Of a stretch of 64,000 nt of DNA, positions 19,722 to 28,684 are shown one piece after another. Within the stretch, counting starts at the first letter, position 1. Each line of letters starts with the position of its first letter. Both the position numbers and the translations under genes were made by a program. The DNA comes from an uncultured bacterium (GTDB lineage Bacteria > Patescibacteriota > Minisyncoccia > UBA6257 > 2-01-FULL-56-20). The notes beneath the pieces were generated by a model that saw nothing but the letters and a program-made list of their open reading frames with translations, searched no databases and had not been told where the DNA came from. The DNA is taken from assembly GCA_963719425.1 (NCBI GenBank), contig OY970382.1, positions 7,888 through 71,887 on the forward strand. The letters are read 5' to 3'.

Positions 19722-20864
19722 ATGACTGCCGAAATCGTTATCACATCACCGGAAGAGAAATCCCTCCAGGCGGAGATTGAGAGGAGAAGCGACGCGGAAG
19801 GGGCACGCATGCTGCGGTTCATGCGGATGCCGGACCTTTCGCGCACGAAAGGGAGCCCGATTTGCGAAATTGTGCAGCGTATCGTGGCACTCCCGGATTT
19901 CAAGACATTCGACGTTGTGCAGGTGCCGGAGATTGTGCCCGCGCGGGAGAGTTTTGATCTTTTTAATTTTCCGCCCGACCATCCCGCCCGCAGCCGCTCC
20001 GACACGTATTACGTGAACAACGACTACATTTTGCGCACGCACACCACGATCATGTGGTATTACTGGCTCGGCCTTTCCAAGGTGAAAGAGAAAATGCAGC
20101 GTGGGGAAGCAGTGGGCGCCTTGTGCTACGGCAAGGTATATCGCAAGGACGAGATAGACCGTGAGCACATGAACATATTCCACCAGATGGACGGTTGGTA
20201 TCTTTGTCGCCGAGAGGAAAAAGAGATAGGCCTGGAAGACCTGAAAGCCGTTTTGGTAAAGATCGCGCAGGCAATTTACGGGCCGGACATCAAGTATCGT
20301 TTCAATAAAGATACGTTTCCCTACACGGATCCGAGCTTGGAGATGGAAATAGAAGTGGGGGGGCGCTGGGTGGAGGTCTTGGGCAGTGGCGTCGTACAGC
20401 CGAAGGTTTTGGACAACTTCGGCGTTGATTCTCGCGTTTGGAATGGCTGGGCGTTTGGCTTCGGCCTGGAGCGGCTTGCCATCTTGAGCATGCAGCTTCC
20501 CGACATCCGGCTCTTGTGGTCGCGGGACCTGCGCGTCACGCGCCAGCTCCGCCTTGGGAATGCTTATAAAGAGGTAAGTAAATTCCCTCCCGTCAGCCGC
20601 GATATTTCGTTCGTCGTGGGCGCGGGCTTCGTGCCCAATAATTATTTTGATGTTATCCGCGACATCGGTGGCGACCTTGTGGAAGAGGTGGCATTGCTTG
20701 ATAAGTATGAAAATCCGGAAAAATTCGGCAAAGGGAAAACAAGCTATACCTTCCGCGTGGTCTATCGCGGGAACGACAGGACGCTCACAAACGCGGAGGT
20801 GGACGTGATACATCACGCGCTTGAAGGAAAGACTGCCGACGAGTTCGGCGGAACGGTACGGTAG
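19722..20864 (+). CDS. pheS: Phenylalanyl-tRNA synthetase, single-chain (alpha catalytic domain plus FDX-ACB anticodon-binding domain)
   Basis: DHPARSRSDTYY, LRTHTT, GKVYRKDEID..H..IFHQMDG, FPYTDPS, GWAFGFGLERL, followed by SKFPPVSRDISF...VEEV.L.DKY...SYTFRVVYR..DRTLT. Confidence 0.92.
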   Translation: MTAEIVITSPEEKSLQAEIERRSDAEGARMLRFMRMPDLSRTKGSPICEIVQRIVALPDFKTFDVVQVPEIVPARESFDLFNFPPDHPARSRSDTYYVNNDYILRTHTTIMWYYWLGLSKVKEKMQRGEAVGALCYGKVYRKDEIDREHMNIFHQMDGWYLCRREEKEIGLEDLKAVLVKIAQAIYGPDIKYRFNKDTFPYTDPSLEMEIEVGGRWVEVLGSGVVQPKVLDNFGVDSRVWNGWAFGFGLERLAILSMQLPDIRLLWSRDLRVTRQLRLGNAYKEVSKFPPVSRDISFVVGAGFVPNNYFDVIRDIGGDLVEEVALLDKYENPEKFGKGKTSYTFRVVYRGNDRTLTNAEVDVIHHALEGKTADEFGGTVR

Positions 20865-20886
20865 TATTTCCGTTATAGTTAAGGAG

Positions 20887-22344
20887 ATGGCAAAACTTCT
20901 CGCACCGAAAGAAGTTTCTGAAATCGCCCTCACGCTCGCAAAGGCGGGATTTGAGGCGTATCTTGTCGGTGGCTGCGTGCGGGACATGCTCTTGGGCCGC
21001 GAGCCTAAGGATTGGGATGTGGCGACGAACGCGCGGCCGGAGGAGATCCAGAAACTTTTTCCGGAGAGCGTGTACGAGAATTCGTTCGGCACAGTGGGCG
21101 TGAAAACCGAATCGGAGGATCCAAAGCTCGCGGTGATTGAAGTGACGACCTATCGGATTGAGGGGAGATATACGGATAAGCGGCATCCGGATGAGGTAAA
21201 GTTCGCGAAGACGATTCAGGAAGATTTGGCCCGCCGCGATTTTACGGTGAATGCGCTCGCGATGAATTTGAAAGGAGAAGTGTACGATCCATTCGGAGGG
21301 AAGAATGATTTGAAGAGCAGGATAATTCGCACGGTGGGGAGTCCGGAGGAGCGGTTCAATGAAGACGCGCTACGCCTCATGCGCGCGGTGCGCTTTGCGG
21401 TGGAATTGGATTTTGAGATCGAGATGAACACGCGCCGCGCAATTGAGAAGCAATCGCCTGAGCTTGAGATGATTGCGAAGGAACGCGTCCGCGACGAACT
21501 CGTGAAGATAATGGAGACGCCGCAGGCGGCAAAGGGGATCATTCTTTTGGAAGAACTCGGTTTGCTGCAGTATGTTTTGCCGGAACTGCGCGAGGGGCTG
21601 GGCGTCGGGCAGAATCTGCACCATATCTATACGGTATTTGAGCATAGCGTCCGATCGCTGGATTACGCCGCGAAGCAGGATTATCCGCTCGTGATCCGGA
21701 TGGCGGCGCTCTTGCACGATGTCGGTAAACCGCGCGCGAAACAGGGCGAGGGCCGCAATGCTACTTTCTATCAGCACGAATTCATCAGTGCGAAAATGAC
21801 CGCAAAGGCGCTGGACCGCCTGCGGTTCTCAAAGGAATTTATAGAAGAGGTGACGCACCTTGTTCGTTACCACATGTTCTATTACAACGTGGGGGAGGTC
21901 TCCGAGCGGGGGGTGCGCAGGTTTCTTGCGCGCGTGGGGCCGGAAACCGTGCCAGACCTCTTCAAGGTGCGCGAGGCCGACCGCATTGGCTCCGGCGCGC
22001 CAAAGGCCACGCCATACAAGAATCGCCACCTGATGTTCATGATTGAAAAAGTGAAGAATGACCCGGTTTCGCCGAAGATGCTCAAAGTGAACGGCGATGA
22101 CGTGATGGAGATATTGCGTATCCCGCCGGGCCACCGCGTTGGGTGGGTGCTCGCCATATTGCTTGAAGAGGCGCTGGACGATCCTGAAAAGAACATTAAA
22201 GAAAACTTGACAGTGCGCGTCACGGAGCTGGGGAAACTCTCCGACGCGGAGTTAAAAAAGCTTGCCGAGAAAGCCCGCACTACGAAAGACGAATTTGAGG
22301 AAGGGCTGGAAGAAGAAATAAAAAAGAAGTATTTTGTAAAGTAA
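20887..22344 (+). CDS. cca: CCA-adding tRNA nucleotidyltransferase / poly(A) polymerase family protein with HD domain
   Basis: VGGCVRD, KDWDVAT, EDLARRDFTVNA, EDALRLMRAVRF, LLHDVGKP. Confidence 0.88.
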   Translation: MAKLLAPKEVSEIALTLAKAGFEAYLVGGCVRDMLLGREPKDWDVATNARPEEIQKLFPESVYENSFGTVGVKTESEDPKLAVIEVTTYRIEGRYTDKRHPDEVKFAKTIQEDLARRDFTVNALAMNLKGEVYDPFGGKNDLKSRIIRTVGSPEERFNEDALRLMRAVRFAVELDFEIEMNTRRAIEKQSPELEMIAKERVRDELVKIMETPQAAKGIILLEELGLLQYVLPELREGLGVGQNLHHIYTVFEHSVRSLDYAAKQDYPLVIRMAALLHDVGKPRAKQGEGRNATFYQHEFISAKMTAKALDRLRFSKEFIEEVTHLVRYHMFYYNVGEVSERGVRRFLARVGPETVPDLFKVREADRIGSGAPKATPYKNRHLMFMIEKVKNDPVSPKMLKVNGDDVMEILRIPPGHRVGWVLAILLEEALDDPEKNIKENLTVRVTELGKLSDAELKKLAEKARTTKDEFEEGLEEEIKKKYFVK

Positions 22345-22738
22345 TGAGATCTTTTCACGACGAGCAGCTGTGGAGCACCCTTTGCACTTTGTGGACCGTT
22401 GTCTTTATGATCTTCGTCGTCGCAAATTTTTTCTTATTCAACAGGTACGAGCCGCTTATTCTTCCGTTGAGCGCGGTGTACGCCGGCGTCCTCACGCTCT
22501 ATGCGGGCACAAAGGAGTTTGATCGTTGGTACGACATTCATGACAGCCGACACCCCGCGAGCTTTTCGTCATCGCATGGACCGTGCTCATCTTCACGCTT
22601 GCCGCCATCGCTTTTTTCTCCAGCGGCAGGGGCTATGTCCTCGATTCCGAGATCGTTGCGGATTACATCATGGTGCTTTCCATCTTTGCCATCACGCAAA
22701 AATCAAAACAGCTTCACCGGACGCGGCGGAGAGGGTAA
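22344..22738 (+). pseudogene. Small 4-TM membrane protein with an apparent 1-nt frameshift near 22557
   Basis: The first frame reads ...KEFDRWYDIHDSRHP. The hydrophobic continuation ELFVIAWTVLIFTLAAIAFF...ADYIMVLSIFAITQKSKQLHRTRRRG* is in another frame. Confidence 0.65.
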
Positions 22739-22779
22739 GTTGAATTATTTTCCAAAAGAGGGTTAAATAGTTTAGATAA

Positions 22780-22853
22780 CGGGCCGTCGTATAGTGGTAG
22801 TATACACGCTTCGGGTGCGTGCGGTCTGGGTTCGATTCCCAGCGGCCCGACCA
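22780..22853 (+). tRNA. tRNA-Pro(CGG)
   Basis: cgggccg/cggcccg-A-CCA and anticodon arm cacgc-ttCGGgt-gcgtg. Confidence 0.92.
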
Positions 22854-22947
22854 GGATCCCTTGTGTTTCTTTCGGGGGTGGCTATAATGGGCTCAGGAGG
22901 CGATTTGTTGGAAGCCTTTCAAATTTCGGAAGAGGGAGGTGAGGACA

Positions 22948-23301
22948 ATGCCGCAGGCGGTGATTGTGAAGTACTGTCGCTTGGACACCGAACTTACTGC
23001 AGCAATGGAAGACGCCGCAGCAAAGAAGGCGAAATTGGTACCGATCCTAGTCTGCAGCGTCTGTAACCCGCGGAATCACAACCGGGGACATCTCAATATC
23101 GATACCACATGGAAAGTTCTGGTGGAAAAGAAATTCCTGTGCCTTGGGCATTTCAGGCAACATGTTTCTGGGAATCGGGTGGAGTTCGGCATGAGCGAAA
23201 AAAGCGAAGTTAATAACCTTGCCGTTATGCCGTTATTGGTTCCTGCACAGCACATCGTGGGCCTCTACTTCCCCAAGGGGAAGTCACATCCCGATTTTTA
23301 G
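22948..23301 (+). CDS. Hypothetical protein
   Basis: GGAGGTG precedes the ATG, the ORF contains CxxC, and a hairpin follows it. Confidence 0.45.
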   Translation: MPQAVIVKYCRLDTELTAAMEDAAAKKAKLVPILVCSVCNPRNHNRGHLNIDTTWKVLVEKKFLCLGHFRQHVSGNRVEFGMSEKSEVNNLAVMPLLVPAQHIVGLYFPKGKSHPDF

Positions 23302-23375
23302 CCCGCCACGCGAAGTGATACATTTGTTGGTATCCTCCTCGCGGCGGGCCGTTCTTTTACATATACACAAGGGTA

Positions 23376-23403
23376 TTGACACGGTTTTGCGGCCGTGTAT
23401 AAT
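23376..23403 (+). promoter_or_regulatory. rRNA promoter
   Basis: Perfect TTGACA-16-TATAAT about 300 nt upstream of the 23S gene. Confidence 0.8.
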
Positions 23404-24279
23404 TGACTTCGTACGGATGGACAAGAATTTCAACCTTCAAGATCACAGCGGCTGAACCGCGCGTTTTTGCGCACCGGATAAGCCGCCGTGTGCGGCTGGT
23501 TTTTTTCTTGGGATTCGTGCAAACTTCGTAATTTCACAGAAGATTCATCAGTGATTGGTTTGTAACAACCAGTTGCTGGGAGAATCTCTCCGAATTGTAG
23601 AGTCGGGGAAGGAATAGTAGAAGCTCTGCATCATGTTTTTTGCCATCGCATTTTGGCAAATCCAATTTCTTACGATCGGCAGAGCAAAAAGTCAGCATTG
23701 GGATGGTTGGCATTTCCGTCGCAAGACGGATCTCAATAAGGGCGAATGGTGGATGCCTTGACTAGAAAAGGCGATGAAGGACGTGGCGTAGCGACGATAC
23801 GCCTCGGGGAGGTGCGTAGCAACCTGTGATCCGGGGATGTCCGAATGGGGAAACCTAATTACGTAAACCGTAATTGTTTCGGCGCAAGCCGATTCGCGTA
23901 CCTGGCGAAGTAAAACATTTCAGTAGCCAGAGGAACAGAGAACAAATCAGTTTATTCCCTTAGTATCGGCGAGAGAAAAGGGAAGGGCCCAAACTAAGGT
24001 TCTGATTTTTTCGGAATCTTGGGGTAATAAGAGAAAGACGCTGTTTTGCCGGTCGCCGAGCTTCCGTATAATCGGGACTTCGGCGATTGGTGAAATAAGG
24101 AGGAGTCAAAAAATCGTTGGTTAGCCAAAGCCGGCTGGAAAGCCGGGGCCAAAGCGGGTGATAGCCCCGTAGGCGAAAACTTACGATCTCCTTAGTTTTT
24201 CAACTTGAGTACTTCGGGGTAAATAAGTCCCGAAGGAATTTGCCTGTACTATCAGGCAAGGCTAAATACTTTTCTAGAT

Positions 24280-24316
<37 letters not shown>

Positions 24317-25100
24317 CAGGCCGGCGAGGCCGTTGAAATAGAACCTGAAACCATTTGTCTACAAGGAATTGAAGCTCCAAGTGCGGATGCAGCAATGCGT
24401 TCGCGCGGGGCGACAATGTGCCTATTGAAGAATGAGCCAACGACTTATCTTGTGTTGCTTGTCTAAACGCGCATAGCGTGCAGGCATAGCGAAAGCGAGT
24501 CTTAATAGGGCGTACATCCCACTCAATTTATTGGGTGGGATCGCAGCACAAGGTAGACCCGAAGCCAGATGAGCTTGCCTTGGCCAGGGTGAACCTCGGA
24601 GAAATCCGAGGGGAGGCCCGAACTGGTGAGTTGTTCAAAACTCTCGGATGAGCTGAGGTAAGGAGTGAAAAGCTAATCGAATTTGGTAATAGCTGGTTCT
24701 CTCCGAAATAGTTTTAGGACTAGCGGTGCGGAAAATCTTGCGGGGGTAGAGCACTGGATGATCTGTAAAGGCCGAAAGGCCGACAGATCAATCAAACTCC
24801 GAATACCGCAGGCGGATCCCGCACTAGTCAGACTGCGGGGGCTAAGCTCCGTGGTCGCGAGGGGAAGAGCCCAGACCGTTATCTAAGGTCCCCAAATCCA
24901 TGCTAAGTGTGAAAGGTAGTCATCACCCATAGACAGATAGGAGGTTGGCTTAGAGGTAGCCATCCTTTAAAGAGTGTGTAACAACTCACTATTCGACGGG
25001 TGGTGGCGCCGAAAATGTACCGGGGCTAAGCATGGTACCGAAGATACGGATTCGCTGACTTCATTGAGGAAAAATTTGTTCTTTGATTTGCGGCTTTGTG

Positions 25101-25173
25101 TGACGCGTAGCTCAGTTGGTAGAGCATCCGACTCTTAATCGGAAGGTCGCGGGTTCGAACCCCGTCGCGTCCA
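25101..25173 (+). tRNA. tRNA-Lys(CTT) inside the 23S IVS
   Basis: gacgcg/cgcgtc acceptor (1:72 mismatch), tagctcagttggtagagca, tccga-ctCTTaa-tcgga, gcggg-ttcgaac-cccgt. Confidence 0.88.
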
Positions 25174-25210
25174 CCCACCGTCTTTGATGGTGGAGAGAAA
25201 GCTCATGTGT

Positions 25211-25355
25211 CGGAGCGTAGCACAAGGGTAGTGCGCCTAGATGATCTTAAGTCTCCGGACCGTCAAAAGGATTTATGAATGACCTTTTGGCCCGCCGGCA
25301 GCGCGAGGTCTGTGCAACTAGGAGGTTGCAGGTTCAAGTCCTGTCGCTCCGACCA
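25211..25355 (+). tRNA. tRNA-like gene with a Pro-type body and a 70-nt insert in the anticodon loop, inside the 23S IVS
   Basis: cggagcg/cgctccg-A-CCA, D-arm gcac/gtgc, anticodon stem cctag/ctagg separated by 77 nt instead of 7, T-arm gcagg-ttcaagt-cctgt. Confidence 0.72.
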
Positions 25356-26116
25356 AAAGTTTTGAGCGAGGCGTGTCGACACTATACTGTCGCGCGCCTC
25401 GCCTCCTCAATGAAGTCAGTGAGTGGTAGGAGAGCATTCGTACTGCAGTGAAGCCCGACCCGCGAGGGCGAGTGGAGCGATACGAAGAGAAAATGTTGGC
25501 ATGAGTAACCACAATCCCAATGAGAAATTGGAACCCCGAAAATCCAAGGTTTCCGTGGCACTGGCAATCAACCACGGGTTAGGCGATCCTAAGGCAATGG
25601 CGAAAGCCGCAGCTGATGGCATGCTGGTTAATATTCCAGCCCTCCTTTGTGATTATCCGTCGTGTGCGAAGGAAATAGGTGCGTATGCCTTATTGGTTTG
25701 GTATCGCTGGTCCGAAGTTCAACAAGGATCGGCGGAAGGTGAGGAATTTACCTCATCAACACGCATGAAGAGCCTTCCAAGAAAAGCGCGGCGGTTACGT
25801 TGCAGAGGATCCGTACCGTAAACCGACACAGGTGGATAGGGCGAGAAGCCCAAGGGGAACGAGTGATTTGCCTCTAAGGAACTCGGCAAAAAAGCGGCCG
25901 TACGTTTGCTATATGGCCTGATCTTCCTTAACCGGAAGATCCGCAGCGAAAGTTTCTCTGGCGACTGTTTACCAAAAACACAGCTCCCTGCTAACTCGCA
26001 AGAGGATGTATAGGGGGTGACGCCTGACCGATGCGAGAAGGTCAAGGTTGGGAGTGCCGTGCCGCAAGGTGCGGGACCCACTGACTCAAGCCCTCGTCAA
26101 TGTCAGCGATAACTAT

Positions 26117-26832
26117 AGACATAACGATTGTAGTTATAAAATCTGGCTATATGCTGGAAACTCTGTGTATCTGACATTACGGTATTTAATGAAAATTTTA
26201 TCCAAATTTAATTTTCATGTGGTACCGTGAAAATATGATCAGTGCAGACAATCAGCAGGAAAGGCTTTGTGGCATTGGTTGGTATCTTGCCGGCTTCGTT
26301 GATGGAGAGGGAAGTTTTAATACTTCTCTCCGAAAAGGAAATGGGCACCGCCTCGGATGGCAGGTGCAATTAACCTTCAATGTAGCCCAAAGGGATATCA
26401 GCAACCTGGAATTGTTAAAACAATATCTAGGATGCGGACGATTACAATATCGTAAAGATGGAGTACATTACTTCGTCGTGAGCGATTACCGTTCGATTAT
26501 TGATCGCGTAATACCGTTCTTTGAGAAATTCACGTTTTTCTCCGCTTCCAAGAAGAAGAATTTTTCTCTATTCAAGCAAATTGCATTTCTGATGGGTCAA
26601 GGAAAACATCTTGATCCGGCGGGATTGCAAGAAATTATTGCAATTAGGGAATATTTGAACGAGGGAAGAGGAAGGACGCGGAAATATAACAAAGACGATA
26701 TCACGATCGACCACAAAGAATCCTCAGAGACTATACGCCGGAGTTCATCAATGGTGATGGACAAGATATAGTCCGATCTCATGGGCGACCATGAGGATCC
26801 CGCTTAAAAACGAGCGAGTGATAACGTAAAAG
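26117..26832 (+). mobile_element. Group I intron at about E. coli 23S position 1917, with a homing endonuclease
   Basis: It interrupts aactat^aatcgtt (helix 69), follows an exon U and ends in G. Core motifs are atgctggaa, aatcagcagg, tcagagacta and aagatatagtcc. Confidence 0.9.
26235..26771 (+). CDS. Single-motif LAGLIDADG homing endonuclease
   Basis: WYLAGFVDGEGSFN, F.VAQRD...L..LK..LGCG, VIPFF. Confidence 0.92.
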   Translation: MISADNQQERLCGIGWYLAGFVDGEGSFNTSLRKGNGHRLGWQVQLTFNVAQRDISNLELLKQYLGCGRLQYRKDGVHYFVVSDYRSIIDRVIPFFEKFTFFSASKKKNFSLFKQIAFLMGQGKHLDPAGLQEIIAIREYLNEGRGRTRKYNKDDITIDHKESSETIRRSSSMVMDKI

Positions 26833-26846
26833 AATCGTTCTAAGGT

Positions 26847-27083
26847 GGAATTGGTACTGCCTTAGTAAAACCTAACTATATGCTGGAACACCCGCGCATA
26901 TCAGAGTACCGAAAGGTGACAATCTCTGATCGAAGCGGACAATCAGCAGGAAACTTCACGGGAAGGATCCTCAGAGACTACACGTTAGGATCGCCGCAAG
27001 GCGATAAGATATAGTCCGAACTGCATAACGATATGCAGAGCCAAGCAGAAATGTTTTGGCCAACAAAAGTTGTAACACGTTCG
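26847..27083 (+). ncRNA. ORF-less group I intron at about 23S position 1931
   Basis: It interrupts ctaaggt^agcgcaattcc, carries the same core motifs as the first intron, and ends in G. Confidence 0.88.
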
Positions 27084-27780
27084 AGCGCAATTCCTTTTCG
27101 GGTAAGTTCCGAAGCGCACGAAAGGCGTAACGACTGGAGAACTGTCTCGGAGGCAAGCTCGGTGAAAATGCGATTCCCGTGAAGACGCGGGATACCTGCA
27201 GCGGGACGAAAAGACCCCGGAAGCTTTACTGCAGCTTGGTATTGTCTTTAGGATCTTGATGCGTAGCGTAGTGGTGAGGATTTGAAGCCGCGCTCTCGGG
27301 TGCGGTGGATCCGACAATGAAACAGCCATCTTTAAGATTTTAAAGACTAACTGATGTGGAAGTGCGCAAGCATAAACCATATCAAGACAGTGCTTGGTAG
27401 GCAGTTTAAATGGGGCGTTTTCCTCCAAAAGAGTAACGGAGGAGTTTATTAAGGTCGGCTTAGCCCGGATGGAAATCGGGCAGGACGTGCAAACGCAAAA
27501 GCCGGCTTGACTGCGAGACCTACAAGTCGAGCAGGTGCGAAAGCAGAAGTTAGTGACCCGACGGCTATGTTCATGCGTGTTTTACTACGTGCATGAATTC
27601 TTGATAGAAAGGCCGGAGACACCGGATAAAAGCTACTCCGGGGATAACAGGCTGGTGAAGTCCGAGAGTTCCTATCGACGACTTCGCTCGGCACCTCGAT
27701 GTCGGCTCGCGACAGCGCCCGGGTGGAGAAGCTCGGAAGCGTTTGGCTGTTCGCCAATTAAAGTCGCACGTGAGCTGGGT

Positions 27781-28102
27781 GAGTGAACAACACTTCAAAT
27801 GAGCCCAGCAATCCTTTACACGAGGCTCGATTGTGTCCCAATCGAGAGAAAACAAAAAAGGAAAATAAATTGACTCATAACGGCGAAGTCCTCAGAAAGG
27901 ATAATGCCGTGGGAAGGTTGCGGTTTTTTTCCAGGCGCTCTTTTTGCGCCAAGAGAATCGTGAACCCCCGTAACGACTTGATCGTTTATGCGATCGGAGC
28001 GAAAAGATGGGAAGATCGTCTTCTCGCTAAAACGTCAGTCCTTGCGATTGGAATAGCAAGGAAAGGAATAGTCTAGTGCTCTTAGCAATAAGAGGAACAT
28101 TG
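27781..28102 (+). ncRNA. ORF-less group I intron at about 23S position 2584 (peptidyl transferase centre)
   Basis: It interrupts gagctgggt^tcagaccgtcg. The guide sequence gcccagc pairs with the 5' exon. It has a gtaacgact / aaggaatagtc core and ends in G. Confidence 0.85.
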
Positions 28103-28134
<32 letters not shown>

Positions 28135-28252
28135 TGCTGCAGGCGTTTACACTTGAGGGGAGTTGGCATTAGTACGAGAGGACTTTGCTGAACCTACCTC
28201 TGGTCTACCGGCTTTGGTACCAACTGAACTGCCGGGTAGCTATGTAGGGAAG

Positions 28253-28286
<34 letters not shown>

Positions 28287-28510
28287 ACCCCAAGATTAGG
28301 TGTGTGTGATTTCGTGGAAGACTACCACGTTGATAGGCTCCAGGTGTAAGGCCCGCAAGGGTTTCAGCCGAGGAGTACTAATAATCCCGCCAACCATCCC
28401 AATGCTGACTTTGTTGTGTTCGTTTCGCCGTCAAAACTCTGAAGCGAACACTCTCTGCTAACAAAAAGGAGTGAGTGCGCTATAACTTATAGCGCGCGAA
28501 ACGACCTTTT

Positions 28511-28631
28511 GATGTCGGTGCTCTATCCGGGCGTGTCCCACCTCTTCCCATTCCGAACAGAGAAGTGAAAGCGCCCCGATCCCATGATACTTGCGGGTTC
28601 GCCTGCGGGGAAAGTAGGATGTGCCGACATC
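28511..28631 (+). rRNA. rrf: 5S rRNA
   Basis: Terminal stem gatgtcgg/ccgacatc and the 5S signature cccattccgaacagagaagtgaa. Confidence 0.9.
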
Positions 28632-28684
28632 AAAGGGCCGTTTTTTTGTTCGCGGCATATTTGTAACCTTGGATAAGATTTGGT

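Larger units (their letters stand above)
25050..25424 (+). other. Intervening sequence (IVS) in 23S helix 45 carrying tRNA genes
   Basis: It lies between conserved accgaagatacgg and ggtaggagagc and is closed by a 21-bp stem, attcgctgacttcattgagga/tcctcaatgaagtcagtgagt. Confidence 0.88.

Noticed and set aside
19746-21092. Long antisense or alternate-frame ORFs (also 30176..31174, 45529..46326, 60865..61728)
   Set aside because: They are shadows of well-supported genes in GC-rich coding sequence and carry no motifs.
25050-25424. Helix 45 insert as a group I intron or ORF-bearing IVS
   Set aside because: There are no P/Q/R/S core motifs and no credible ORF. The content is tRNA cloverleaves inside a closing stem.
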